A DNA stretch of 64,000 nucleotides from Candidatus Hydrogenedentota bacterium (GCA_963674865.2 CAXXYE010000011.1:32001-96000); one strand, 5' to 3'; positions 18,374-27,717 are shown, numbered from the stretch's first letter. The notes: generated by a model from the sequence alone, not told the origin. Program-made: numbers and translations.

Positions 18374-21214
18374 TCACTCCAGTTGAGCGGGTAGGATTTC
18401 GATCCCGCTCAAAATCTGCTCGCCTCGACGTGGTTGTAGTCCGATTTTCAGGGAACCGTCGATCTCGATCTTCTCGAATTCTCGAACGACGGTTCGCATC
18501 CGCCCGCCGCCGGTTTGGGCGACGTCGAAACTCCCGGCTACGGTGCGTTCGTTTAGAGCAATGTCGAATTGCCGGAGCCCCGGTTTGCCGTGATCGGGCT
18601 CGGCGAAATAGAGACGTATTGTGAAGGTTGCCGGTTTGAGCCCGGAGATGGTGATTTCCGAGGCTCCCCGGACTCCCGACGCGGCCACCCAGGGCCAACC
18701 GGTCCCGCCCTCGATCCAGAGCGAATGATGGTAGTAGAACTGGGCCTCGGGAGGATGGACTCTGACGTTGAGTTTGGGCGATGGTCCTCCGCGGCTGGGG
18801 TAATCCAGCCAGAGAGTTCCGGTTTCGGTCATACGGTCGCCGGGTGCTCCCAGGTTCACGCCGATTTGCCGGATGTTGGCGGCTTCACCCGCTCCCCACG
18901 CGGCCCATTGTTCGTGCTCGGGAGGCATGTTAACCAGAGCGAGCCCCACGGGCAGCGGATAGCTGCAGGTGCAACCCTCGAAAAAGTAGGGAACGTTAAG
19001 CAAACCGCAGGCGGGTATGACACTGTTAGTACAGCCCGACCTGGTGCCGCTGATGTAGCAGGTGCCGCTTTCGATGCGTTTGTCGTAAAAGGCGGCAGTT
19101 CCCGATCGCATGGCGTAGACGTGCCCGTAGTCGACACCTCCATCGCAGCCGTAGCTCTTGGGGAAGGAGCGCGGTTGCTTCTCTCCGGTGAGCGGGTTGA
19201 CGCGATCGCCGGCGGCGGGCTTTGCCGGCTTCCAGTCGTCCGTTTGATAGGGAGGCCGATATTGGTTGGGCTGGGGAGCCTCTCGATCGCGGCTGGGCAA
19301 ACTTGCGGCGGCCGCACGCGCTTCTTCCGGAGCCAGAACCCGGCCGGTGTATACGTCACTGAGGACGGGCGGCAGGAGCGCGTAGGGAGTCTTCTTCCCT
19401 TCCCGATGCCGGGCCATCCAATCCTTGGAATACGAAATCATTAGGCCGTCGACGAACATCGGCTGCGGAGACCGCTTGAAATTCCCCACCGCGTCGTCAA
19501 ACCACAACACTCCGAGCGGCGCCTTGACGCGTTCGTCCGGACTGGACCATCCACCGGTGTAGTTCACGCTGCCGGGCAATGCCCCGTGGCGACGAACGAT
19601 CGTGAGCGGGCCGGCTCGCTCAACTTTCATGCCCTGGGCCGGTTTGAGCAACTCCACGAGGCGGGCATGGTCGGCGTCCGAGAGTCTCAGGCAGGCCGTG
19701 CCGCCGTAGGGGCGGAGCATGTCGAGATCGGCGGCTTCGATCCGGGCACCTTCTCGGTCCGCCAGCCACTTAAGGTGGCTGACCACGGCCAGACCGGCCA
19801 TGTACGGCGGAAACTCGATTTCCCCCGGTTCGGCCACCTGAAACGCAATTCGATCGCCGTAGAGGCCGGCCGCGTCAAATCGGCGCCGAAGGGTGTCGAT
19901 CCTTGCGGCGTCCGAATCGACCGCGATTACGTGGAACTCGGTCTGCGCGACGAGCGTATCGAGCAGAACCGAACCGGGAATCCCCAACACCAGCGCGTAG
20001 CCGTGACGATCGTCGAGCGTGCCGATTACTTGCCGGCTCAGAGTCAAGTCGCCCTCGGGCTGGGCACCCATCTCCTTGCGCTTGAGCGGATGCCGCGCCG
20101 GGGACACCGGCGGTTGTGGCCCGAAGCAGTGAAGCATTCCATCCAGGGAGACGACGAATAGCTTGTCGTCGGCCGCGAGCAGGGAGTGGACCTTGCCTTC
20201 GACGCCGGGGTAGCCGTCGCTGAGGCGATGGACGCGCGAGCCGACCCGGATGCTGTTGCGTACCTCCGCTTTTCCGGGGCCCTGGTAGATCTTGTCTTCA
20301 TGAAGGTCGCGGTTGATCTCGGCGTCGAGCACGACCTCACCGCGGCGAACGTCGGCCGAGGCGAACCAACCGCCCGGCTGGCGACCCGGCGTGGGAAGCT
20401 CGAAGGACAAGAGCTTGCCGGTTTCTAGATCAAAACTGGCGGGCACGGCCTGTCCGCAAGGGACGATGAGTTGATTTCCGGCGACGACCAGATATCCTTG
20501 CGGGGTAATTCCCCCCAGCGATTCGGCATTGTGCGGCTGTTTCCCAAACAGATAACCGCACTCATCGTTCAGCCAGACGACTTTGCCCGTCCGGGCGTCG
20601 AGCGAGTAGACAAACACGCCTTCAAACGGCCAGACACCGGCGGCGAAGTAGAGCCTGCCTTCGTGCAAGACGGGGCCGCCTCGAACGGGCCAGAGCGAAA
20701 TTAGACGTCCGTTTCCCAAGACTTGCCGGCTGGACGGCACGGCCCTGAACTTCCAGACCAAGCGACCGTCGGACGCGGCGAGGCAGTAGACATGCCCGTC
20801 GTCGCAACCGAAAAAGACCCGATCTCTCCAGGCAACGGGCGCCAGGCGTATCGGACCGCCGGCGTGGAATCGCCACTTTTCTTGGCCGGTTTGTGTGTCG
20901 AAGGCCGTGAGGCTGTCGTTGCAGGAAGAAGCGACGAAGATCGTGCCGCCGAGCACGACCGGTTCGTAACCGGCATCGAACTGCATTCGCTTGGTTCGAT
21001 ATGTGGGCTTGTGTTGTGGAAACTGCCGCGTCCAGAGAAGATGCAGTTCTTCCGGCAACTCTTGCGGAGTATGAGCGCTGCGAGCTGCGTCATATCGCCA
21101 CATCGGCCAATCGTTGGCGGAGGCGGTTGCGGTGAAGGTCAAGAGAGGCAAGCAAACCACGAGCAAAACGGCTTGCGGTGCAGTTGGGCGAAGGAGGCTT
21201 GCGATTCGGTCCAT
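18374..21214 (-). CDS. PQQ-like beta-propeller protein with methyltransferase-like middle and C-terminal malectin-like domain
   Basis: Signal peptide; DWPMWRYDAARS, repeated W-K/R-F propeller blades, RPYGG, RSGC, IRLYFAEP...RQFDI. Confidence 0.8.
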   Translation of the reverse strand: MDRIASLLRPTAPQAVLLVVCLPLLTFTATASANDWPMWRYDAARSAHTPQELPEELHLLWTRQFPQHKPTYRTKRMQFDAGYEPVVLGGTIFVASSCNDSLTAFDTQTGQEKWRFHAGGPIRLAPVAWRDRVFFGCDDGHVYCLAASDGRLVWKFRAVPSSRQVLGNGRLISLWPVRGGPVLHEGRLYFAAGVWPFEGVFVYSLDARTGKVVWLNDECGYLFGKQPHNAESLGGITPQGYLVVAGNQLIVPCGQAVPASFDLETGKLLSFELPTPGRQPGGWFASADVRRGEVVLDAEINRDLHEDKIYQGPGKAEVRNSIRVGSRVHRLSDGYPGVEGKVHSLLAADDKLFVVSLDGMLHCFGPQPPVSPARHPLKRKEMGAQPEGDLTLSRQVIGTLDDRHGYALVLGIPGSVLLDTLVAQTEFHVIAVDSDAARIDTLRRRFDAAGLYGDRIAFQVAEPGEIEFPPYMAGLAVVSHLKWLADREGARIEAADLDMLRPYGGTACLRLSDADHARLVELLKPAQGMKVERAGPLTIVRRHGALPGSVNYTGGWSSPDERVKAPLGVLWFDDAVGNFKRSPQPMFVDGLMISYSKDWMARHREGKKTPYALLPPVLSDVYTGRVLAPEEARAAAASLPSRDREAPQPNQYRPPYQTDDWKPAKPAAGDRVNPLTGEKQPRSFPKSYGCDGGVDYGHVYAMRSGTAAFYDKRIESGTCYISGTRSGCTNSVIPACGLLNVPYFFEGCTCSYPLPVGLALVNMPPEHEQWAAWGAGEAANIRQIGVNLGAPGDRMTETGTLWLDYPSRGGPSPKLNVRVHPPEAQFYYHHSLWIEGGTGWPWVAASGVRGASEITISGLKPATFTIRLYFAEPDHGKPGLRQFDIALNERTVAGSFDVAQTGGGRMRTVVREFEKIEIDGSLKIGLQPRRGEQILSGIEILPAQLE

Positions 21215-21328
21215 GGCTTACTCCTAAAGCAGCGGAAGAGCTTCTGTTTCGAGGGGGATTTCCCGCCACGGGCAATTCGTGTTTGCACAAACGACCAAGT
21301 TGACGCTCCGGCCGCGCCCCGACGGTCG

Positions 21329-22477
21329 TCAATCTATTGGGACGCGTCTGCATGTCATCTCCTCGCTTGCACCACCCTCGTCTGCGGGGATGTACGGAAT
21401 CAGCCCTTTCTGGAAAGCCGCTTCCTGCAACTCTCTCGGACAGGTGCGAATGTCCATCATGAAGCCGTTGACTTCCAGCATCCAGACTCTGGGATTGTCA
21501 TCCATCTTACTTGGCAAACACCAGTCAGGGTCGAACCGCCCGATTCTGAGCATCTTGCGGATTTCTTTCGATTTGCCTTGCCCCGTGCTCTGGCCAACAC
21601 CAAACGTCCTGTCGATGGCCGTCAGCTTAATATGCGGCGACTGGGAATGGTCGTCTAGGAAATTCGCCCAACCGATCGTACGAACGATGCCGCAAGCCCA
21701 AGTTGCCGGCTTGCCGCGCAACAAGGGCGACGGCCGTTTTCGGGCAAGTTTGTCGGCCAATTTGCGGCAGAGAGTCAGGTATTCTTCGTTGAGATGGTCT
21801 CGGCAGAACTGATCGGTCATTCCGACGATGACCTCTCGCCTTGACTTGACGTCTTCCGATGCAGGGCTTGCCCCTTTGCGTTTTGTGGCCTTGGGCGTTC
21901 TTTGGGGGGCCATGGGCGTTGACCCGATGGGAAGTGACGTGACGATACCAAGCCGGTCCTTCGCTTCACGGTAGGTATCGTTCAGGCTGCGTTTGATTCC
22001 ACCGCCGAAGGAGACGTTGTAGTTGCCGAGTAGACCGTCGTAGATGATGCAGTCCCGGAAGGGCAGCAGCATGGCGTTCACCATGGTCGGCAGACGAGGG
22101 CCGATCACATCCTCGAATGGCTCCGTCAGCGCCAAGACCCCATAGGCCGTTGCCGGGGCATCCGAGGAAAGAAAGACCGTGTATTTCTTCAATTGACGAA
22201 AGATGATGAAGCGGCCGGTCACGTGATGGCGCCACGACAGGACAATCTCAAGTTTGTCTTCAGGTAATCCGGCCGGATTCTCATCCACAAACGACTCAAT
22301 CAAGTCGACTTCTTCGAGGAGTGCATTTCTGAACTCCAATCCGATTTGCGGCTGCAACCCCGAGAAGTCTTCGGGGCCGGCAATCTCGGGAACAATCCCC
22401 AGACGTTGGTTGACGAAGAACATCAACGAACGATGCAACTGGAAGAAAAGGCCGGCATCTTCTGGTGAAAGGAGCAT
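21329..22477 (-). CDS. Hypothetical protein with C-terminal DUF6398-like domain
   Basis: ATG at 22477 behind GAGG; FCRDHLNEEY, LARKRPSPL, WACGI, AFQKGLIPYIP. Confidence 0.7.
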   Translation of the reverse strand: MLLSPEDAGLFFQLHRSLMFFVNQRLGIVPEIAGPEDFSGLQPQIGLEFRNALLEEVDLIESFVDENPAGLPEDKLEIVLSWRHHVTGRFIIFRQLKKYTVFLSSDAPATAYGVLALTEPFEDVIGPRLPTMVNAMLLPFRDCIIYDGLLGNYNVSFGGGIKRSLNDTYREAKDRLGIVTSLPIGSTPMAPQRTPKATKRKGASPASEDVKSRREVIVGMTDQFCRDHLNEEYLTLCRKLADKLARKRPSPLLRGKPATWACGIVRTIGWANFLDDHSQSPHIKLTAIDRTFGVGQSTGQGKSKEIRKMLRIGRFDPDWCLPSKMDDNPRVWMLEVNGFMMDIRTCPRELQEAAFQKGLIPYIPADEGGASEEMTCRRVPID

Positions 22478-22499
22478 CCTCACAAACCTCTCTTGTGTC

Positions 22500-25178
22500 T
22501 TACGGCTTGCATCCGAGCGAAAAGTTGTCCAAGTAGAACACCGTCGTGTCGGCGGCCAGGCTGGTGAAACCGAGCCAAGTGAGCTTGTCGAATTTGGGAT
22601 TGGCATAGGGCAGATCGTCGAAGACCCGTTCGGTCCCGTCGGGCAAGGTGACGCGGAGCGTCCAGGGATGCGTCTCTTCACCCCCCAGGGTGGCGACGAT
22701 TTCGAAGCGTACCCATTGGGCAACGGGCAGGTCGAGCCGGGCTTTGCCGCCCAAGAGAAGCTTGCCGTCTCGGACGGTGAACTCGGGACCGGTCAGATAG
22801 GGCGATACGCTCCAATCGCGCCATTCGAGTTCCAGCATCGCCCCGGCGTCGACGCGCAAGTCAAAGGAGTTTCGCACGCGACCTTTGAGGTAGTTCATGT
22901 CGCGGTATGCGAAATGCGGGTTGTAGACCTGTTTCAGGCCGGGCGCGTCGGTGATCTTGAGGCTCTTCTTCCCGCCGGAGGCCGTCTGGTCGGTGATTAC
23001 GATCAAGTCGTCCTTGTTTTCTACTTGGCTATAGATCCCCGCCGGCGGTTTGCCGACCGTGCCGGCTTCGAAGTCGTCTTGAATCGATAGCGGCGGCGGG
23101 TCGGGGGCTTCTTCCAGAGGTGGATAGGTGACGGAGCTGGCCTTCTTGATCCACGCGGCGTCGCCGTAGACGCCGGCTTCGGTATAGTCGAACGGTTTGA
23201 ACTCCAGTTTTAACGCGGGCGACTCGGGCTTGAGACGAAAGACGCCCTCTTGCGGATCGGTCAAGAGCGGATCGGCAATGATCGAGCCTTGCTCGTGACC
23301 GGCGGCTTGCCAGTCGGCCAGCGAGTGCCCCAAGAAGGTCACGTCCTCGCCGCCCGCATGCCAGAAGCAGTTCTTTCCGCTTTGGTGTTTCACTTGGTCC
23401 CAGCGTCCAGAGAGCAGGACGCCGCTGTCGAAGTAGACGATGTTGTTCTCGAAGGTAAACGAGAGGTGGTCTTCGACTCGCGTGGCCTGGACCTGGTAGA
23501 GCTTGCTGAAGGCGAGGATATTGTTGCGGACGACGTTTTCCTTGCCGTAATGCTGGTGGAAGCCGCCGGTCTTGACGTTGTAGACGAGATTGTTCTCGAA
23601 GAGGATACCGGTGCTGCCTTCGTCGGTATAGAGGCCCCAGCCGCCGTACGTGTAGGCGTAGACGTCGTGAAAGACGTTGTTGCGGACGACGGTGCCTTGC
23701 GACGGACCGAGCGTGTAGATGCCGCCCATGTCGCTGAGCACGCCCCAGCCGAGATGGTGGGCGCGATTGAAGGCAATCGTGTTTCGCTTGGAGAGGCTCT
23801 CGGCATATCCCCAGCGCCAGCCGACGGAAATGCCGGTGTAGTAGAGGTCGGCGATCTCATTATGGGTGACGGTGTTGTCGCCGCTATGTCCGATCCAGAT
23901 GCCGACGGCACAGGGGAAGATGCGGCCGCCGTGGCGAATGATGTTGTTGTCGACGGTAATGTGACTGGTCCGCTCGGCCTCGACCGACGCGATTCCACTT
24001 TCGCCGATCCGCACTCCGCCGCCGCCGAAATCATGGAGATATGAACGGCGAAGCGTGCAGTTGCGGCAACCCTTGCGGAACCAGACCACGTAGGTGCCGA
24101 CGTGTCCGACTTCGCAGTCCTCGATCGAGACGTGTCGCGCCCCGTCGGCCATCACCACGGCGTCGATCGGCGAGGCCGCCTGGGCGGCTTCGAATCCGCC
24201 GGGGGGAGTAAGCCACTGGGCATGCTGAAACGAGAGCCCCTGAAAGGTGACGTGCTCGACGAATTTTCCGCCCGCCGCATCACCCTCCAGGACGAGGAAT
24301 TTTTCGGCCACCGGAGCCACCACTTGGGCCTTGCTCATGTCCTCGTCGGGGAGAGGTTTGTAGTACAAGCGGCCGTCGCGGGCCAGGAACCATTCGCCTT
24401 CGGCGTCGAGGGCCCCGATGAAGTTCTCCAAATGGTAACGAGTGTTGCGACGCCAGGCGTTCCACGACTTCATCCCTGCTCCGGTGGTGATTAGGGCTTG
24501 CCGAGCCGGGTCGAGGCGTTCCACGAAACGGCGGGTGTTGTCCCATTTGTGATAGACGACGAAGTTCACGTCCTTGAGTTCGTCGGGGGCCAGGCCGGCT
24601 ATCGTGTCAAAAGCGTCCTCGCGCATGCGAACCGTTTGCCGGGCACGCTTGGGCCGCCGGGGTGAACCGGCCTCCAACACCTCCTGGCGGACGTCCTGGA
24701 TGTAGAAGTAGAACTTATTCGGCGTGCGAGCACGCGAGGCACGGCGGCCGTTGACGAAGAGTTGCTCAAAATACCATTGCCCGGCGGCCACTTCGGGGAT
24801 AAGCACGCTCCAGACGCCGTTCGGCCCGGGTTGCCAGCCGCTAATGGGACGTCCGCCAGAGAATATCGGTCGCTCACCGGGCAGTGCCCGATAGGTCACC
24901 GGGGCCGTAGGCGTGCCACTGTCTTCCGGCGAGAGCACCAACGGCTCGGTAATCGAATAGACGCCGCCGGAGACGTTGATTCGGACGGGTTCGGTCAGCG
25001 GACCGGCGGATTTGAGTTCCCGCACTGCATCCCGAGCACGGCTCAGCGAGGCGAAGGGCTGCTCTTTGGAGCCGGGATTGGCATCGTCTCCGGACGGAGC
25101 GAGGTAGAAATCGGCCGCCATGGCAGTCCCATTCACTCCTAGTAGTATCAACAATGACAGAATGTGGATGGTTTTCAT
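22500..25178 (-). CDS. Secreted right-handed parallel beta-helix protein (pectin-lyase fold)
   Basis: Signal peptide; [37 protein letters not shown], repeated NN turns. Confidence 0.88.
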   Translation of the reverse strand: MKTIHILSLLILLGVNGTAMAADFYLAPSGDDANPGSKEQPFASLSRARDAVRELKSAGPLTEPVRINVSGGVYSITEPLVLSPEDSGTPTAPVTYRALPGERPIFSGGRPISGWQPGPNGVWSVLIPEVAAGQWYFEQLFVNGRRASRARTPNKFYFYIQDVRQEVLEAGSPRRPKRARQTVRMREDAFDTIAGLAPDELKDVNFVVYHKWDNTRRFVERLDPARQALITTGAGMKSWNAWRRNTRYHLENFIGALDAEGEWFLARDGRLYYKPLPDEDMSKAQVVAPVAEKFLVLEGDAAGGKFVEHVTFQGLSFQHAQWLTPPGGFEAAQAASPIDAVVMADGARHVSIEDCEVGHVGTYVVWFRKGCRNCTLRRSYLHDFGGGGVRIGESGIASVEAERTSHITVDNNIIRHGGRIFPCAVGIWIGHSGDNTVTHNEIADLYYTGISVGWRWGYAESLSKRNTIAFNRAHHLGWGVLSDMGGIYTLGPSQGTVVRNNVFHDVYAYTYGGWGLYTDEGSTGILFENNLVYNVKTGGFHQHYGKENVVRNNILAFSKLYQVQATRVEDHLSFTFENNIVYFDSGVLLSGRWDQVKHQSGKNCFWHAGGEDVTFLGHSLADWQAAGHEQGSIIADPLLTDPQEGVFRLKPESPALKLEFKPFDYTEAGVYGDAAWIKKASSVTYPPLEEAPDPPPLSIQDDFEAGTVGKPPAGIYSQVENKDDLIVITDQTASGGKKSLKITDAPGLKQVYNPHFAYRDMNYLKGRVRNSFDLRVDAGAMLELEWRDWSVSPYLTGPEFTVRDGKLLLGGKARLDLPVAQWVRFEIVATLGGEETHPWTLRVTLPDGTERVFDDLPYANPKFDKLTWLGFTSLAADTTVFYLDNFSLGCKP

Positions 25179-25337
25179 GATGAGAATCCGATGGGGGGGA
25201 ATCTGACGGTTGAGGGCAAGAACAACGGCCGGTCGCCATACGGGGGGCGGACATCAGTATACCAGGCATGAATAGCGGGCGCCCAGAACGGCGGTAGCGG
25301 ACGGGAAACTGTGGGGCAAGTCCGTAACCAGCCGGTC

Positions 25338-25365
25338 TCGACGGGCTCGGAGGCCCATCGTACGG
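25338..25365. repeat. REP-like element family B, single arm
   Basis: TCGACGGGCTCGGAGGCCCATCGTACGG, identical to the right arm of the inverted repeat at 45523-45550. Confidence 0.8.
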
Positions 25366-25710
25366 ATCGATTATCAAGCCGAAACGCGTGTCAAAATACC
25401 TTCGGAAAAAATGCCTCGACGGACGGGAATAGTCTGCTTGTCTCGTGCGTCTAGCATATTGCCCGTCATGTCGGTCGGTTGCTGGAATAGACGTTTTCTC
25501 CAAATCCGGAGAGTTCCTCGAACCTTGCAGTGAGTTGCGTCGTCTATCTTGTGGTGGACATGGGGCTGACGACCCCGGCCCAACAACCAGACAAGATTCT
25601 ACATACCGTACCACTTGCCGAAGAGAAGAACGATGTTGTCCAGGCCAAGTATCACATGTGAATGCGGGAGCGTGGGGCCATTTGCCTATCAATCGGCGAA
25701 TCCGCTGCCC

Positions 25711-25731
25711 ATGCATCCTTTGCGCTTGTGA
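25711..25731 (+). CDS. Putative attenuator leader peptide MHPLRL (alternative in-frame start at 25633 gives 32 aa)
   Basis: ATG CAT CCT TTG CGC TTG TGA; its last codons and stop lie on the antiterminator strand. No clear SD before 25711. Confidence 0.4.
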   Translation: MHPLRL

Positions 25732-25781
25732 CACTCGGCCGCAAACCTACGGGGAACAGACAAAACCCGGTGTCATGAGCG
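25723..25781 (+). promoter_or_regulatory. Antiterminator helix competing with the downstream terminator
   Basis: CGCTTGTGACAC(T)CGG (25723-25738) pairs with CCGGTGTCATGAGCG (25767-25781): 15 pairs including 2 G-U, one bulge. Confidence 0.65.
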
Positions 25782-25797
25782 ACACCGGGTTTTTTTT
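25766..25797 (+). terminator. Intrinsic terminator immediately upstream of the tRNA array
   Basis: CCCGGTGTC-ATGAGC-GACACCGGG followed by T8; preceded by A4. Confidence 0.85.
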
Positions 25798-25805
25798 ATT
25801 TCAAA

Positions 25806-25880
25806 GGTAGTCGAGGCTTCTGGTTGCCCGAATCCGGCCGATAACCTGGGTTGCGCTGAGTTCGATTCTCAGGGCTACCA
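25806..25880 (+). tRNA. Degenerate tRNA-Ile(GAT)-like
   Basis: Acceptor GGTAGTC/GGCTACC-A; T arm CTGAG-TTCGATT-CTCAG; anticodon loop CCGATAA with a mismatched stem. Confidence 0.6.
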
Positions 25881-25957
25881 CTAATCGTGGACCGAACCAA
25901 AAGGAGACGAGTCATGTCGACCTTGCGGCGATTGAAACGGATACACCAGGCCGATTC

Positions 25958-26036
25958 GGGGCCGTGGTGTAACGGTTGCACACGGGGACTTTTAATCCGG
26001 CGGGTGTGAATCCAGGTTCGAATCCCGCCGGCCCCA
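25958..26036 (+). tRNA. tRNA-Lys(TTT), distorted anticodon and T arms
   Basis: Acceptor GGGGCCG/CGGCCCC-A; D arm GTGT/GCAC; loop CTTTTAA; apparent duplicated T-arm segment. Confidence 0.65.
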
Positions 26037-26071
26037 CTTCGCGATCTTGTGACAATCCAGTAGCCCTTCAA

Positions 26072-26145
26072 GCGTTCATGGCGTAATGGTAGCGCACTTG
26101 CTTGCCATGCAGGGGGCACGGGTTCAACTCCCGTAGACGAGCGCT
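26072..26145 (+). tRNA. tRNA-Gly(GCC)
   Basis: CTTGC-TTGCCAT-GCAGG anticodon arm; ACGGG-TTCAACT-CCCGT; a few extra nt before the 3' acceptor strand. Confidence 0.75.
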
Positions 26146-26166
26146 CTTGGTCGAGACACTACTAAT

Positions 26167-26241
26167 CAGGACGTAGGAAAGCCTGGCCATTCCGCCGGTT
26201 TTGGGCACCGGAAATCGCTGGTTCGAATCCAGCCGTCCTGA
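26167..26241 (+). tRNA. tRNA-Pro(TGG)
   Basis: CAGGACG/CGTCCTG-A; CCGGT-TTTGGGC-ACCGG; GCTGG-TTCGAAT-CCAGC. Confidence 0.92.
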
Positions 26242-26253
26242 CTTGATGATCAC

Positions 26254-26328
26254 TGCGGTGGGGCCCGTGTTGGTACGGGCAGGCGGCTGTTAACCGCATC
26301 GACGCAGGTTCGATTCCTGCCACCGCAG
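26254..26328 (+). tRNA. tRNA-Asn(GTT)
   Basis: TGCGGTG/CACCGCA-G; GCGG-CTGTTAA-CCGC; GCAGG-TTCGATT-CCTGC. Confidence 0.88.
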
Positions 26329-26361
26329 CCTTTTGTGCGAGAAAGGACAAGCTTGCGCGAT

Positions 26362-26432
26362 TCGGGGATCGGCTAGCGATAGGCCGCCTGGCTTTGAACC
26401 AGGCAACGAAGGTTCGATTCCTTCTCCCCGAG
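26362..26432 (+). tRNA. tRNA-Gln(TTG)
   Basis: TCGGGGA/TCCCCGA-G; CCTGG-CTTTGAA-CCAGG; GAAGG-TTCGATT-CCTTC. Confidence 0.9.
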
Positions 26433-26495
26433 CTTTAACCGGCAGCGACGCGAACATTTCAGCGCGGCGCGTGTCACAAGTAAACAGCAGGCAAC

Positions 26496-26580
26496 GGAAG
26501 GCATCCGGCCGGATGAGGAACCTGTCTTGAAAACAGGCGGCGGCGCGAGTCGCTTGGGGGTTCGAGTCCCTCGCCTTCCG
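26496..26580 (+). tRNA. tRNA-Ser(TGA)
   Basis: GGAAGGC/GCCTTCC-G; CCTGT-CTTGAAA-ACAGG; long variable arm; G73. Confidence 0.9.
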
Positions 26581-26613
26581 CTGCAAGAAACATCGCTTTG
26601 AAACCAACATGAT

Positions 26614-26686
26614 AGTCCTGTGGCCCAGTGGCGAAGGCAGCTCCCTTACAAGGAGATCATCGGGGGTTCGAGTCCCTCCAGGACTA
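26614..26686 (+). tRNA. tRNA-Val(TAC)
   Basis: AGTCCTG/CAGGACT-A; CTCC-CTTACAA-GGAG; GGGGG-TTCGAGT-CCCTC. Confidence 0.9.
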
Positions 26687-26694
26687 CTTGACGC

Positions 26695-26777
26695 GGCGAA
26701 GTGGTGAAATTGGCAGACACGCGACGCTCAGAACGTCGTGCCCTCGATGCGTGGGAGTTCGACTCTCCCCTTCGTCA
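26695..26777 (+). tRNA. tRNA-Leu(CAG)
   Basis: GGCGAAG/CTTCGTC-A; CGACG-CTCAGAA-CGTCG; extended variable arm; GGGAG-TTCGACT-CTCCC. Confidence 0.9.
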
Positions 26778-26817
26778 CCTTTTGGCAGGCTCAGCGGGAG
26801 CCTCAACCGAAACCCAT

Positions 26818-26886
26818 CGCGGGTGGGCCAGTGCTCAGCGAGGCCTCATAAGCCACGCCTGCCGGGTGCGACCCCCGGACCCGCAA
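26818..26886 (+). tRNA. tRNA-Met(CAT), initiator-like but degenerate
   Basis: CGCGGGT/ACCCGCA-A with C1:A72 mismatch; loop CTCATAA; weak D arm; T loop TGCGACC. Confidence 0.7.
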
Positions 26887-26895
26887 CTCGACTAT

Positions 26896-26990
26896 AACCG
26901 CGTACGCAAACTGGCATAGCAGGCGGCGACCAACCTTCGCTCGCTGCCTGGAGCCTGGTGATTCTGCGGGTTCGACTCCCGCCACGGTCA
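26896..26990 (+). pseudogene. tRNA-like gene with anticodon arm disrupted by a hairpin insert (identity unreadable)
   Basis: T arm GCGGG-TTCGACT-CCCGC, imperfect acceptor AACCGCG/CACGGTC-A, D region CGCAAACTGGCATAGC; 10-bp hairpin CAGGCGGCGA/TCGCTGCCTG with an 11-nt loop where the anticodon arm should be. Confidence 0.65.
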
Positions 26991-27012
26991 TTGAGGAAAT
27001 GATCAAAGCGTC

Positions 27013-27083
27013 GGGCTGCTGGTCCAATGGGAAGACGCCTGGTTTGCACCCAGGTAATCGGGGTTCGACTCCCCGGCGGTCCA
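27013..27083 (+). tRNA. tRNA-Ala(TGC)
   Basis: GGGCTGC/GCGGTCC-A with the G3:U70 identity pair; CCTGG-TTTGCAC-CCAGG. Confidence 0.92.
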
Positions 27084-27094
27084 CTGACACTGAT

Positions 27095-27180
27095 GGAAGG
27101 TAGCCGGATACGGTTTGCCGGGCCGGTTTGCTAAACCGTGCGGCCTTCGGGCCGTGTGGGTTCGAATCCCATGCCTTCCG
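27095..27180 (+). tRNA. tRNA-Ser(GCT)
   Basis: GGAAGGT/GCCTTCC-G; loop TTGCTAA; variable arm GCGGCC-TTCG-GGCCGT. Confidence 0.9.
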
Positions 27181-27204
27181 CTCGTCGCCACTACGGCGGA
27201 GTTT

Positions 27205-27274
27205 GCCTCGATAGTGAAATGGATGATCATGTCTCGCTTCGAACGAGACGCAGGTTCGAATCCTGGTCGGGGTG
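27205..27274 (+). tRNA. tRNA-Arg(TCG), shortened variable region
   Basis: GCCTCGA/TCGGGGT-G; TCTCG-CTTCGAA-CGAGA; CAGG-TTCGAAT-CCTG. Confidence 0.8.
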
Positions 27275-27327
27275 CGGCGGAGTTCGCTGAAGAAGCTGCC
27301 GATGCGCAGCCAAGAATTCGAACGATA

Positions 27328-27377
27328 CCATGATGCCCCTAATCGACTCAGCCCATGATGACCCTAATCGACTCAGC
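27328..27377 (+). repeat. 25-nt tandem duplication spanning a start codon
   Basis: CCATGATGCCCCTAATCGACTCAGC / CCATGATGACCCTAATCGACTCAGC (1 mismatch). Confidence 0.85.
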
Positions 27378-27717
27378 CCAAGACGGCAGATTGGCGAAGA
27401 TCCTCGGCGCCGAAGATATCCACATCGGAGACGTCGTCGCGATCCTGGACGTGGTCTACGAGTACCCGTCGTTCCTCTGGTGCGACGACCCTCACGTGCT
27501 GCCGCCGCAGGAGCCCGTCTACGTGCGATGGAGGAGCCAGCACACCAAGAAGCCACTCAAGGTGAAGGCCATCTGCTTGCCGTACATCCTGGTCAAGACG
27601 CCCAAGGGACGTCACAAGACACTCGACGTGCGGCAGTGCCGACTGGTGCGGCTGAACGAGTTCTATGCCAAGCAAGCATGGAAGCGGCTTCGCAAGGCGC
27701 ATAAGAAGAGTGGATAG
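27355..27717 (+). CDS. Hypothetical protein within the tRNA array (120 aa)
   Basis: Open frame with genome-typical codon usage, beta-rich N-half (EDIHIGDVVAILD), basic C-terminus. Confidence 0.7.
   Translation: MMTLIDSAQDGRLAKILGAEDIHIGDVVAILDVVYEYPSFLWCDDPHVLPPQEPVYVRWRSQHTKKPLKVKAICLPYILVKTPKGRHKTLDVRQCRLVRLNEFYAKQAWKRLRKAHKKSG

Noticed and set aside
22478..22723. N-terminal extension of the DUF6398-like ORF
   Set aside because: Overlaps the 3' end of the beta-helix gene; ATG 22477 has an RBS.
26496..26580. Selenocysteine or suppressor tRNA
   Set aside because: Anticodon TGA reads UCA (Ser); tRNA-Sec would need TCA and a longer acceptor stem.
25796..27333. Many short ORFs over the tRNA array
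   Set aside because: Shadows of tRNA genes (GIEP/GFEP/GSNP peptides arise from T arms).
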